A program made the translations under genes and the position numbers. From Amoebophrya sp. A120 (lineage: Eukaryota; Protista; Dinoflagellata), in assembly GCA_905178155.1 (NCBI GenBank), contig CAJINV010000002.1:2291216-2355215 (forward strand): 64,000 bases of DNA. The letters are read 5' to 3'. This document shows positions 10,672-23,299 of the stretch, in pieces. The notes under the pieces are model-generated. The model did no database searches, was not told the origin of the DNA, and worked only from the letters and a program-made list of their open reading frames with translations. How positions within the stretch are numbered: position 1 is the stretch's first letter; every line of letters begins with the position of its first letter.

Positions 10672-13600
10672 CTACAGCACATTACAAAAATTGCTCATCA
10701 CCCTGCTGAGCCCTCTCCCGACCACCCCGTATTCGCACGCGGGGTTACTAGGTGGGAAAAACAGCTCGACGAACTCCTCCTGGAGGGTAACTTTCAATTC
10801 CTTAACGACGTACTGCTGCAGCTTCAAAACACACCCGAGGGATTCCGGGTGGAATTCTTGCAAATTGCCGGAAAATGTCATCAGCAGTGAGTTCGGCCCG
10901 TCCAGAAACGTTTCCATGATGATTTCCGCTACTTTGTACGCCTTCCAATCCACTTGATAGAGTCTCTGCTCCCGATCAGAAGTGGTGTGCACGGAGAAAT
11001 AGAGAAGGTCTTCAAGGTCCTGTTCCCGGATTTTCTCTTTTAGATACTGCTTGGCGTGGAGAACGGTTTTTAGTAGATTTCTGATGAAATCGTAGACCTG
11101 CTTCACCTGAGATTTATTGTGATCCTCTTCTGCACTTCTAGCGGTTGTTGTCGTTCCGAAGATTGATGCTGTTCCTCCTGCCACGGACTGCGAGCCACCG
11201 CTCACCCGGGTAGTTCTGAGAAGGTTGACGTCGCAATTTTGGAGCTGCGCCGTTGTCATGGTAGAAGGTGATGATGACGATCCGGCTCCACTTCCCCGTC
11301 TCCTCACCGAGCCCATTCCCGGGTAAAGCCCGCTCGGCGGGTGAAAATGGGAGAACCCGGCCGTGCTAGAAGAGCTACCGAACTGCAGAATCATAGAGAC
11401 CGTCTGGGCGAAAGACTGTATTGCGGAAAGGCTTTGCTTCAACTGCGTTGTGTATTTTGTTGGCTCGTTGGAAACCACTTCTACCAAAGTCTGCCCGATG
11501 CGCAGAGTTTCTTGTTTTATGGGCTTCGGTCCGGACGCTGTGGTCGAAGATGAACTACAGCCAGTGGTGGCGCAAGCAGCTTTTCCCTGTGTTTCTGTTG
11601 TCAAGAACCGCTGGAAAAACTTCAGATTCGTCGGTAGATTCACTCCGGTGGAGAACGACGTAAACGGGTTCGCGGACAGGGGAGTTCTATGAACTGCAAA
11701 AGTATCGCACTCGTATAAATGCATAACAAGTTTCCTCAGCATGAGAAATGAAATTTGTAATGCTAGGGTACCTTAAGTAGAAAAAGATTTGTATTATTCA
11801 TGATTGCAATACGAGTACGATACTTTTGCACAGGATAAGTTCGACCTGTACCTCCCTCAATTTGTTCCTCGTCACTATCATACTCCCGTGTACCACCGGC
11901 TAACCCAACAGCCTCGAAAATCGAAAACCAGCGGTAGATCGGATTCAGGCCTAAGTCGATGAAGCGGCGGTGGGATTTACTTTCCGTGAGACCGTCAGCA
12001 TCATGATGCGAGCTTGTACTGCTACCTGGACCTGATCTCATCTGCCAAAAGTCCGGCGCGCCGGCCATTCTCTGGCGAAAAACGCTCAGCATCGGGTGTG
12101 TAGTTGACGAAGGGTGTTCTGCTCCACTTGCTTCCCCGTATAGTCCTGTTCCAACCTTCACATAACAACTGGTCGCGAAATTGTTCACGAATTGGAACAC
12201 AAAATCCTCGTCTTGCCACAACTGCTTCGCCACCAGCCCAATCCCCCAATCGGACGTGAACCAATTTGCATTCAAATTCTTTCTCCCCCGGTAAGACCCC
12301 AACTCGCACTGACGATCCATTTCCGAGAAATAGGTGAGGAGAAAGTGCTTGTCGCTGCGGAGGTCAAATTGCGGGAGAAAGTTTGGATTTCTACTTCTTC
12401 TTCGGCTATTAACACCGCTACTTGGGAGGTTGTGGTTTTGTCTGTCGCTGCTTGTAGTCGTTCTTCCGGTAGTTGTCGCGGCAGTAGCTGCGCCAGCTGC
12501 TGCGCCTGCCTGATCCTCGTCGAAATTTGTTTCCAAATGGTTCAGAATATCGTCCACGTCTCCTGTTTCTGGTGTCCAGGTCCACCGTGTTCTTCGTGTG
12601 ATAAAGTCGTTGTATCGATGGAGAAATTCCGCTTCGTCGTCTTCTAATTGGTCTTGCTCCTGCTCCGGGTTCATATCCACACCAGCATTACCTTGTTGTG
12701 CAGCATTCATCTCCAGGGCAAAATCATCCCGCGGGTCATACGGCCACTGCGCGTAGTGCGTTCCGTCCAACGAGTAATACACCATGTTGCCCGCGATAAA
12801 GGTCCGGTCCCAGTCATTCAACTCTTCCTCATATCCTGTGCAAAAGCATCGCACTCGTAGTAATCGCAATCATGCATGACAAACCTCCTTTTCCAGGTAA
12901 ATCAGCACGACAAATTCCACTTGTCGTGCTGATCTAGTTTGCCATGCAGTTACTACTAGTACGATACTCTTGCAATTCATACCTCAATCAGATCCGCCCG
13001 GGCTGCATCCGCCACGTTCGCGAGAAAATTGCTGATGTGCTGCTCCGCTGGGGCGCCCGCCGTGGTGGGCCACTGGCGGGGGGCAAAGTTGTTGTACGGG
13101 CCACGGCGAGAAAAGTCGCTGTTTTGTCGTGCTGGCTGCTGTCGTTGTTCTTGATTAGCATTCCGAGGGCCAGCGGCACGACCCGCTGTTCCTGCAGCGC
13201 CGTTCCTTCCGCCAGCCGCACTCGCAGCTCTATCACGACCACTGGTGCTACCTCCCGCAAATAACCTCGCGTGCTTCACCTCCAAATTTCGATCGTATTC
13301 CGGAAACACCAAATGCCGCATCGCGACGTGCTTCGGAAGCAAAGTGTTCAACGTGCTTCCCTCGCCCTCCATCGCTGTTGTCGTTCTCGTGTTGGTAAAC
13401 AAAGTTTCCAAATGCGGGTCGTTTTCCTCGAAGTGGTAGAAGTGGTTGTTCAAAAACCCATTTGCATTCCTCAAACTCCTCTCAAAGTCATTCCCAGAGT
13501 AAGAAGAACCACCTCGCCCCGCATCACCTGCACTCCTCGGGAAGAGAAATTGGTCGATGTTGTTTTCCAACAGATTATCGTAAAATCTTGAACTCAGATG

Positions 13601-14797
13601 TACAAATTTCTCCAAAACGGATTTGAACGGCTTCTCGTAGCGGAATCGGTCGACTTTGAGAATCCAGGGGGAAAGTTGTGCTTTCCAACTGTGCCACAGC
13701 TGCACCCGCATCCGGGCGTTATCTACGTAGTGGACGTGCGCCGCGTGGACGGAAAGATCCGGCAACCGGTCGTCGTGGTAAAGATGGCTTGTACTTGTTT
13801 CCCTTCGTGGTGCGAAATAGGAACCAAAACCACCTGTCTCTGGTGCAGTTCGCTGGTGCCCTTCTTCTTCTTGTGGGTTTATTTGGCCGTACCTGTTCCG
13901 AAACATCTCTTCGTAAGTCCTCGTTTTGTCGACTAACTGCTTCATATATTCCTGATAAACTTTTTCCAAAATGAAAATTGCCGCCTTCGGGGTGCACGGG
14001 AGCGGGCCGTAGAACTTCAATATGCTGCTGTTGGGGATCGCGAAAAGGCCCTCCGGGCGATGTCTTCCTCCTTCTGCGGTAGGTAGTGTCCCACCCCCAG
14101 AATCGGTTCTGGAGCACGCCGCCTTTAAAAACTCTAAGAAGCGCTTGGCTTTGGCTGGAACGGCAACATCAGTTGAAGTTTGATGCTGACCAAAAAGTCC
14201 CCCGACAAAACTCCTTGGCATCGTCTTCACAAGTTCGTCTAAACTGCTCCGGTCAAGGGATTGATGACCCCTTCTCGGAGCGAAAGCTTCACTAACGGCG
14301 GAGAGCTTCGCTTCCTCCTGAATGGTGAGAAACGGCTGTAGGTTCTCCAGCTCGGACATGTTGAGAGCGGAGAAGGAATCTGGCGTAGCTGTACCTCCGT
14401 GGGGAGATGAAGTTGTGGCCGAGGAACTTGGAGTGGTTGCGGTCGTGCTGCTGTTTGTTTCGCCGGTTGAAATCGACGACATTGCTGTAGTTCCTGCTTG
14501 GCGTGATTGACATTGTTCCTGCTTGACCACGTCGCACTCAATTTCATCTTGCAACGGTGCATCAAAAACTCGGCCTCGCTCGGCCGACGCCCCGGTGCTA
14601 GACAAGAACGGGTGGTCGTCCCTTGCGGACGGAGCGGTGGAGGCGCTTCGTTTTGTTAGTACTCGAAGTGCAAGGGCGAGCGGTTGCAGACAGAGGAGGG
14701 TCGGAAGGCTGAAGTGGAGGGGTCTCCTCGTCGTCCACCAGGGCTTCATTTTTGACTTTGACGCCCCCGGCCGGGAGATGAGACTTGGGAGACGCAT
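10672..14797 (-). CDS. Secreted-type hypothetical protein, ~1271 aa, with an F-box-like motif; 3 exons
   Basis: ORFs 12977-14821, 11763-12869 and 10672-11742 join in frame after removing two family B introners (155 nt each); 3816 nt. Hydrophobic N-terminal segment LHFSLPTLLCLQPLALALRV. Confidence 0.8.
11688..11837. mobile_element. Introner, family B
   Basis: Family B TIRs; perfect TSD AGTTC. Confidence 0.95.
12832..12981. mobile_element. Introner, family B (gives GT-AG ends)
   Basis: Family B TIRs; perfect TSD CCTCA (TGAGG on the coding strand). Confidence 0.95.
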
Positions 14798-15199
14798 CTT
14801 CTGGGAGGAAGAGGTGGTCACCAGAAAGAAAAGTGAAGTGCAGCAAGTTCAACAAAATCAAAATTATAATTATCGCTGACTTGGAACGAAATAATAATCG
14901 AGCTGGGGCTGCAAGCACTTCTACATGAGGGCGCTGATCACGTACGTACTGTTTTGCACTTCGCGTTTCCTGACGTCGTTAACTACATCAACATCTGAAA
15001 ACAAAGCATTGCACACACGGAGCAGGTCATGGCAGGCGCAGGAAGAGGAACAGGATTGCTGCATGATCACTAATGACTGCATGATGGTCGAGAGGATACA
15101 GAACGGCGAGCGCGGACTGCAAGTCGCCCGTGATGCGAGCCAGGGCCACCTGATTCGGAACGCCACGCAACATTGATGCGCACAACACCTCAGCTCCAC

Positions 15200-16340
15200 A
15201 ACAAACCACGAGCGCATGCGCGCGGCCCCACACGAGCCGCCAGGCAGCGAGCCCGCGCCCGCGCGTCAGGTAGCACCAAGGCGCCCCCCTTGGCCGGCGC
15301 GCCAACATCTACTTGTGCGCCGGCGGGCGCAAACACCTATAACAGGCATGGCACATAGATAAAAGTGACCAACTACGTGGGCAGCTTGGGGGCCGGGGGC
15401 GCAAGCTTGCGCCTGCGGGCCGAGCCTGGCTGCCAAACCGGCCCGGCCCCGCGAGTCAAAAAAAGAGGGACACCCACGCCGTCCGAGGCGGGCACGGGCA
15501 GGGCCCCGGCGATCCGACCGGCCCCCTGCAGGCCGGCGCGCGCGCGCGGTCTCTGCCTCTGAATGCGCGCGCGGCCCGGCCATTCTGCGGAGGCACGCTG
15601 GCGGGGCGCCGGCAGGCCCGCCGGAAACGGGAAACGCGAAGGGGGCCCCAGATAAATCTCTCGGCCCACTCGAGGACTTGACTGGCGGGAAGTTGAGTTC
15701 TTTCCGCGAAGTCCGTAGGCCGCCGGCCGGGGTTCGCGCAAGTCGCCACACTGTGGACCAGGCGCCCGACCATCCCGGGACCCGGCGTCGCCCGGCCGCA
15801 CAATACGGAGCACCGCGCGGCGGCTTGCCGGCGAAGAGCCCGCCGGCCCCCGGCCGGCGGCACGCGGGCGCGAGAAAGGGGCCGCCCGGCGCGCCGGCAT
15901 GCGGCACGAAGCCAGAAAGCGCCCCCGGCGCTGCGCGCGGGGGGCGCGCGGGGGCGGCGTGGCTGGCCGAATCCCGGCCCGGCACGCGGGGTCTTCCGCC
16001 TGCCTGCGCCCCGCGGCGCTTCCGCGGCCGCGCCGCGGGCCGGCCTCGGTCGGCTGCATGTTGGAGCCGCGCCCCTTTTTTCTTTTGCGGCGGAGGGCGG
16101 CAGGGCACGGCGCGCACCGCTTCCCCATCACCCTGGCACGCGTCGCGCCGCCGGCTCTGCGCCTCCTTCGTCGCCCCTTTTTTCGCGGGGTCTGCCCAGC
16201 GCCCCGCGAACGCCCACAGCCAGACCATTGGCGGCGAACCGTCCGCGCGCCCCCGCCCACTTTCTACAGCGCGCGGCCTTCTCCGCTTTTTTTCCGTTGG
16301 TAAGCTCCGCACATAGCCTGCAAACTTGTTGGCGGGGGCG
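15200..16340. other. Very GC-rich intergenic island 1 (edges approximate)
   Basis: Abrupt shift to G/C runs, with A/T surviving mostly as homopolymers; overlapping R/A/G/P-rich ORFs in many frames. Confidence 0.8.
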
Positions 16341-16662
16341 TGAATTACCGTCGAACACGTCCCGAAGCCCATTTTCTTTTGTGCTTGTTATTGTTCTTTC
16401 TGTCTCGATCATTTTTTCTTACACCTGGTATCAGTTCGCTCAAATAAATCGACGCTGCGGATGTGGCAATCGCAGCAGTGCATCCTTGTTCATTGTGTAG
16501 CGTTTCATTTTTCCATCGGGTGGGGCTTTTGAGGAAGTGCAAATGAATTTCCACCAGCGACCACCAGTTCAACTGCCACCTCAAGTAGCAAGCAACAACA
16601 AATCAACACTCCAGCTCCACCACAACGACTCCTCTACCCTCCCGGTCTCCAGCACATCAACA

Positions 16663-18327
16663 TCACCCCATCATCTGCCCTATCCTCACCAACTCCGCCT
16701 TCCGTTCCCTGACCGGTACGAAGGGCAGCAGCCACTCGTGCTTGTGCATGTCCACCGGGAAGATCGTTTGATCCGGGATGTGCGACAAATGCACCTTCCC
16801 CCACACCACCCTCCGAATCAACGTCGCCCTCGTTTTCAAGTGCTCCCACACGAGCAGCTCGGGGTTCATTTTCGTCGTGAACTTTTTCCCGCCCGACTGC
16901 GCAAAATTTTCCAACAACCGGATCCGGATCCACAGACTCCCCTCCTCCGGGTTCCGCTTGCTCAAATTCGCGAAAATCCGCCCGTAGTTAACCCCACGGA
17001 CCATCACGCCGCCTCCTTTTTTCGGTTCGTTCATGGGGTCCGCCCAGGATTGCAAAATCGCTGGAAATTCGGACACCGGGATTTTGTTTTTCCTCTTCTG
17101 ACTTTTCGAAAGCGGCTTGTTGTTTATGTTAGAGGCAAATAAACCATCTCCATTGATCCCATCAGAGCTGCCAACGACGCCGCAATTGTTCGACGTGGCT
17201 AGTCTGATGTCATAAACCGTTTCCACTGGACACAACTCCGTGTTGCGCAAAATGTCCCGGAAGCGGCCGCAGTTCGTCAACAAGACGATCCCCTCGTGCC
17301 GATACCGGAGATAATTCACGACGAAAAAGTTGTTGATCAATCGGTCGTCTGATTGCTCGTAGTTCAGTGACTTTTCCCCGATGCGGTTCACGTCAAACTT
17401 GCGGTAGTTGTCGAGGAGATCCCTTAGGTTCGCCTTCTCGTTCATTTCGGGGGAGTTGTGGTTCATCATCTCTTGCTGTTCCTGCTCCATTTCCTCGTCG
17501 TCGATTTCCGCCCAGGAGCGCGTGTCTCCTTCATTCGGATCTTCTTCATCTGCTACAGTGGCTCTTGAACCTCCTTCGCCATCAACATCTTCACTGCCAT
17601 CGTTCTTCTTCCGCCACTTTCTCCTCGACCCCACCGTCCCGGGGTCTCGGTTCGTGCCGAAGTCGCACAACACAAACTCCGGCTTCCGCAAGGCCCATAA
17701 TTTAGGGACGTACTGCTGGGGCGGTATGAACTGGCAGTCCTCGTTTTTTTCCAGAAACTCCGCGTCCTCATCCTTCATCAGGGACCGGTAATTCTCGTTG
17801 GAAGCCGCTTTGGAAGAAGTGGAGGAGGAAGTAGACGCTTGTCTGTTCTTGTTCCCGTCGGCGTTGTCTGTTGTACTGCTGTTGTTTATCGTCCTGCTTC
17901 TCAACACCACCGAGGCCGAGTCGGGAACGACGCAGTTTTCCGTGACCACGCAGCCGTCGACGAGCACGTTCCCTTCCCGGATCGCCTGCTCGGCCTCGGA
18001 CCGGGTGAGCACGCCGGAAATCGCGATGCGGCGGGCCAGCCGCTCGAACCGGGAGTTCACCAACTGCATCGTCGCGGCGGTGAACAAGGTGCGGGAGGGG
18101 CGCTTCTGATCGGACGCGATGCAGATTCTTGGGGGCGGAAGAGAAGCAGCAGCTCTCGCGAGCCGGGAGAGTGGTAAGACTGCAGCTTGGTGATGTGGTC
18201 CGCATTTTGTTGAGTTTGAATTTGATGAAAACGAAAATGCTCTGTGCTTGTAGTTGTGAGCATAAAATAAACGCGTGGAGGCTGTAGCCTTCTGCCTAGT
18301 AGAGCCTGGGAAGGCTACCGATGACAT
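16663..18327 (-). CDS. S4-domain RsuA/RluB-family pseudouridine synthase-like protein, probably catalytically inactive
   Basis: S4 motif ERLARRIAISGVLTRSEAEQAIREGNVLVDG; motif I LWALRKP; motif II region VVNYLRYRHEGIVLLTN (family consensus VGRLDxxxEGLLLLTN); C-terminal LIRRVVWG. Confidence 0.8.
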   Translation of the reverse strand: MSSVAFPGSTRQKATASTRLFYAHNYKHRAFSFSSNSNSTKCGPHHQAAVLPLSRLARAAASLPPPRICIASDQKRPSRTLFTAATMQLVNSRFERLARRIAISGVLTRSEAEQAIREGNVLVDGCVVTENCVVPDSASVVLRSRTINNSSTTDNADGNKNRQASTSSSTSSKAASNENYRSLMKDEDAEFLEKNEDCQFIPPQQYVPKLWALRKPEFVLCDFGTNRDPGTVGSRRKWRKKNDGSEDVDGEGGSRATVADEEDPNEGDTRSWAEIDDEEMEQEQQEMMNHNSPEMNEKANLRDLLDNYRKFDVNRIGEKSLNYEQSDDRLINNFFVVNYLRYRHEGIVLLTNCGRFRDILRNTELCPVETVYDIRLATSNNCGVVGSSDGINGDGLFASNINNKPLSKSQKRKNKIPVSEFPAILQSWADPMNEPKKGGGVMVRGVNYGRIFANLSKRNPEEGSLWIRIRLLENFAQSGGKKFTTKMNPELLVWEHLKTRATLIRRVVWGKVHLSHIPDQTIFPVDMHKHEWLLPFVPVRERKAELVRIGQMMG

Positions 18328-18699
18328 GTGGTCAACTTCTGTAGTTGGGGGAGCGTTCGTATAGTCATAGATCGCGAGCCCGAGCGGGGTGAAGCAGAAT
18401 CAGGTGGCATCATGCCGTTCTACTGTCAAGTCGTGAATCCTTCAGTAAATTTTCCGATCTTCAACTTGTTGTAGCCGAGGAACTCATCAAGACACGAACT
18501 ACACTAGCGAAAATAAGTATTCTTGAGGAGTGGCAGTCTGAAGGTGGATTGCACATACAAACTGCAGCGAAAACAACACAAGCTGGGGGAACAAAAGTCT
18601 TCTTTGTTGCAGCAGCCCTCTGCTGGAACCCGGCTCGGGTCCTGTTCGACCGAGACTATACGCGCAAAACCATACTTACTTGGACCCACCACGATCGCA

Positions 18700-19900
18700 C
18701 GGGCCGCTCTTGGGACGCACACAGGCCGAGCCGCACTTGTGGGCGTTGCCCCGTCGGTGGGACAGCCTGTGCCACGCAGCGCAGACTGTAATCAGGGCCA
18801 CTGCACGGCGACGGGGAAACAAAATGAACCCCGCGCCCCTCGCGCGGCAGCCTGCGCGGGCGGAAACACTTCGCAGGAGGTTTTCATTCCTGCCTCTGCT
18901 TGCTGGGGCGTGGTCTGGGTGGCGAAGCGCACGATGGCGCGCCCAGGGGCCCGGCCATCTACCACGAGCGAGGACGGCCGCGTGCGGCGCAGAGAGCTTT
19001 GCAGGGCCGGCCCGCCGGGGCGCATGGCGCAGAATGCGCGGCGTGCGGGGGGGGAGCCAGCAAGCCCGCCCGCCGGCCGGGGCAAGCCGGCCGGCCAGCG
19101 GGGCCAACAGCCTCGGGGGGCCCCGCGGGGGTTTCTCAATTAAAAAGAAGAAGGCGGCACGGCAGGCGCGGCGCGCTCTTTCTGCTGCGGCGGCCGCAGC
19201 GGAAAAAGTTGGAGCGCGCAGCCTAGCGGCGCCCCTCCTTTATGGGCAGTCCCTTTCTAAGCCCCGCCCGGCGCCGGGGCTGCCGTGCGGCGAATCAATG
19301 GGCCGCCACGGGCCTCATCATCCTGGTGCGTCAGGATAAGCCCGCGGCGCCCCCCCGCGAAGCGCAACCCCCGCCATTTGCGCAGCGCGCCGCCGCGTCG
19401 CGGCCCGGCGCGCCGGGGCTATGAAATAAAAACAACCGCCCCGGCCCGCCATATTCTGAAGCCCCACAAAAGGGCCCCGACTGCGCCGGGGCGGGAAAGA
19501 AACACGGGCGGCGCCCCTATGCGCCGCCCTTCGCACTCTTCCCGAATTGCCCCTCCGTGCGAAGGGCGGGCGGCGGCGGGCTGGCCCAGGTGCGCGCGGA
19601 TCTCGCCCAGGAGTTCGCCCGGGCGCCGCTGCTCCTCCTCATCGCCAGAAACCCGCACCCCGTTCCGCCGCAGGTGTTCCACGAAACCACGGAACCGCTG
19701 AAGCGCTTCGCCTTCCGGAACATGCACCGCATGGGCGTCGCCCCCTCTGGGCCAGCGCGTTATCCAGGGGCCTGCCATCGGTATGCCACGCCGCCAGCGC
19801 TTCGACGCAGAGGACCAGCAGCCGCAGGCCCCGGGCGCGGGCACTCATCGGAAACCTTCGAAAAGCCGCCCACTGCCCCCCCTTCCTCGGTGGTGCGACA
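18700..19900. other. Very GC-rich intergenic island 2 (edges approximate)
   Basis: Same compositional signature as island 1. Confidence 0.8.
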
Positions 19901-20387
19901 CAGTCGAAAGTCTTGTTTTCCACAAAACAAAAACTATGATCGTACCCAAAGCCCCAGTAGAACACGGCACAGCCACAACACAAACCCACGAAGGAAGAGC
20001 ATGACGTCTTTTGCTCCTCTTCCATGGAAGAAACTTCGCACAAATTTTTCATCGCAGCGTCGTCAGATTCAGAGACGAAAAAGCTAAGCCAAGCTTTTCG
20101 TCGTCAAGCGTAAATAATCGTCGCAAAATGTCTTCGTCGGTTTCAAATTGAGCACGTCAATACACGGCTCAACATCTTCATCCGGGCACCAAACATACAA
20201 CCCGAGAACAAGTCAAGCCGTGAAGATGTGTGTGTGTTTAAAGGTAATTTGTCGCCAGTGTTGATGTGGTGGGCAGCTGTATTCTCGGTTACCAGCTTTA
20301 TCATCAATATTTCGATTTTTGAATACCATGTCGCCATACATCAGCCTCCAAATCTCCGACACGACCCACATCAACTCCGAATCAACA

Positions 20388-21947
20388 CTATTGCTGCTCC
20401 CCCTGCACAACCGGGTTTGTTGTTCCAACGTTTCCCGCAGGAGCCGTTGCTGCCGCACTACTACTAGGCAAGACCCCCGCCGGGTTGCCGCCAACGATAG
20501 TGCTGCTGCTTCCCGCCGGTGGGTTCGTGGCGGTGTTGTTCAAAGAGTTCAAGTTTTGTTCGTTCAAACTGCCCTGCACCACCGGGCTGGTTTGGTGGGA
20601 AAGCGGAAAATTACTTCCGTCCTGCGTCGCCGAGTCGTTGGGGATCCTCGAGAGCGCGCCGTCCTGTTGTCGAAACTCTTCGACGTCCTTGATACTGTAA
20701 CCGTTCTTGAAAAGCCACTCGTCCTCAGCCTGATAGAATTGTTTGTCATGCGCAGATTTCGATTCAAAGACGTTCCTCCATGCTGTAAGAATGCAATGCC
20801 AAATGCTCTACCTAGTAGCTAAGGAAGTACTTACTTACATCTTCATGCACATCATTGAAGAAAAAAATTCCACCTACGGGTACCCTGGGTCCAATTCAAA
20901 ATTTGCGACACAATCCCCCAGTCATCATCAATCTATCAGTAACTACAGCAAGTACTACCTTTTCCTGCTGGGCCAAGCATCTCCTTATCAGTCCGTGTTC
21001 CTGCTTTAACTTGAACCCAAACAGCCTCGGAACATAGGGCTCTGGCCTCTCCAACGGGACCAACTCCGGATACGTCAAGAGAAACACGTGGGGGAAGCTC
21101 GTCCCAAAATACGCACCGTCTATGTCGGAGTAGGTAGATTTTGTCGCGTACAACTGCTCACATTTTGGGCAGTAGGTTTTTACCCTCGACACCCGCAATT
21201 CGTCCGACGTTCCGACGGGCAGAACGGGTTGCTGGTGGCACTTTACCCGCGGGCATGTGCCGAAAATGGAAGACTGGTAGCCCTCTCGCATAGCTTCCAG
21301 ACCCCGGGGGGACAGAATGTACCTGGTATATGATTTTTGTGTGCTGATCGCATGTTTTGTTACTGTTGTGCAAGAACAGCCAGGATGACTGCACGGTGCT
21401 AAAGGGTTTTTCTCATGCAGAAAAACGCATCAGAAACCCATCCTGTCATGCATGTCAAGCATCTACGACTATGATACCTCGCGTGCACCAAACCGTACAG
21501 ATCCTGTGCGTCTCGGTAGACTTCCAAAAAATCCGCGTCCTGCAAATCGTCCTCATCTGGGGCGTCTGGCATCAGTACCATATCCAGGGCGTGATCGTAA
21601 TACTGGTATTTTTTTGGTGGATACTGAGCATGACAAAATGTTTTTCGCATAGAGACCCTGCATGACAAAAGACCAAATCATCAAAAGGAGCAAATTTGTC
21701 AAAACCATACCTGTAGCCGATTTCTCAACCCGTATAAGTTGAAATTGTCCCGTATGTAATCTTCATCGACCTCGCAAAACAGCTCGTGGCTTGGCACGGA
21801 ACAAAACCAACTGATCCACCCCAGCTGCACGTCTTCCGAACCGGAGGATTGCGATTTGTCATCCTCATCCTGCTCCATATTTCCGTCTATCAGGCTGTCC
21901 TTCTGGTTACCCCCAGCATTGTTATTCCCACTGTTCGGGTCCGCCAT
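20388..21947 (-). CDS. CSNK2B: Casein kinase II regulatory (beta) subunit, ~355 aa, 4 exons
   Basis: WISWFCS...[32 protein letters not shown], zinc finger CPRVKC...[21 protein letters not shown] introns 21603-21710, 21323-21477, 20730-20958; spliced 1068 nt. Confidence 0.96.
21323..21477 (-). mobile_element. GT-AG intron derived from a decayed introner
   Basis: TAT at 21327, ATA ending 21476, flanks CCTGG/CCTCG, element length 150 as in family B, residual TCATGC motifs. Confidence 0.7.
21603..21710 (-). mobile_element. GT-AG intron derived from a decayed introner
   Basis: TAT at 21607, ATA ending 21709, flanks ACTGG/CCTGT, two intact GCATGACAAA motifs. Confidence 0.7.
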
Positions 21948-23299
21948 TTCGGTGTCGTGTCTCAAGAGGCTTCTGTGTTGCTGCTGGGATGATGAGGCAC
22001 TACTGCGGAGATGGTTTCTAGAGGTGCTCGGGGACGATCCGGTTCCTGCAGTAGATCCGACTCCACCGGGGGAGCGCTTGGTCAACAAAATCCTTCGCGA
22101 GGTCCTGGCTGCGACGTTGCGGGGTCTTAGTTGCAATGCGTAAGCAGTTATGGTGGAGGGAGGTCGTGATGTGGTGACTACTTTATTGTCGCTTAAACGT
22201 GAAAAATTTTCGTGGTAATTGTCGCGTTGTAAAATGTCAAAAAAAGATGCGGGGAAAAGGTCAAATATTACTCTTGTGAAAAGGAAAACGTATACCGTCC
22301 TCTTCGAGACAAATGTACTCATTCAGGTGGAGCAACAGGATGCATAGAGAACGAAAATAAAGTATCTATCACCTAGTAGCGCTATGAAAAAACTCTTTCT
22401 GAGGTCGGCCGTAATTCGGATGCGACTAAAAAGTATGTTTGAAGCACCTACTACTGAAGCAATATGAAGAGAGAGCTTCTGTCACACGTCGCTAGGCAAA
22501 TCCCATTTCCGTTTCGCTGAATGTCGCTGGTAAATTCATATGAGTCACGGCAAGTACTACTTAAAAACTTTGTTGTGGTTGTGGTTGTAGTACTGTTTCA
22601 AACCGCTGCAACATGATCGGAACTGACGGCTATTCGATCCTCTATGTAATGGATTGATGAATATCGGTTCTGAGATCCTTTTCAGTCTGTTTCAAAAAAT
22701 ACACGGAAAGCAAAAAGATAGACAGGGAGATCCATCGACTTCACGTCATCTAGTACGACCTCAGCTGCCGTTGAAAACAAGAATCATCGCAGGGATGCTA
22801 CCGCGCCGGCTGATAGAACAGAGCCAACAATCCCTGCTGCTACTTCTAGTAGCGGAGCAGGAAATAGATAGAGATGACCGTCTTCACGTCAAATCCATAC
22901 ATGAAGCAGATCTTTTTCGCGGAGTTGCGCTTCTTGTACTCATGTCACTGGGTAGGCTCACGGTCTGTGGTGGTTGGTGCAATAAGCATGGGCTGCAAGT
23001 GTCTGATGTTGTGATACAAACAACTCTCTACTGATTTAGGTACTTGAAAAGAGGACTCAAAAAGAACTAGAGTTGCCTTTACTTCAGGGGTGATGAGTGA
23101 GATAAAACAGGTTCTTCAGCTGCGGTGTGGTTGAAAAAATCGTTACAAGAAATCAAGTCACGAGATTTCCCGCACTGGAAGATCAAGCGGAAAGAACTCT
23201 TTGTCGCATGTATGCAGTCCTGTTTCATCCCACGAAGACGTCGACTCGGAAGTGAAGAAGACGCATCGGAAAATTTCAAATGCTGTTGATGCATTCTTT

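Noticed and set aside
15266-16372. Long R/A/G/P-rich ORFs in GC islands (also 18523-19939, 29369-31076, 34524-35756, 41110-43104)
   Set aside because: They overlap in many frames on both strands, as expected from stop-codon scarcity at extreme GC, and show no recognisable motifs.
18340-18460. Possible tRNA or ncRNA-like stretches here and at 60110-60190
   Set aside because: No cloverleaf or A/B boxes could be built; only short hairpins compatible with chance.
21948-22322. 125-aa N-terminal extension of CK2 beta
   Set aside because: Looks like open 5' UTR; the ATG at 21947 gives a typical acidic N-terminus. Not excluded without cDNA.
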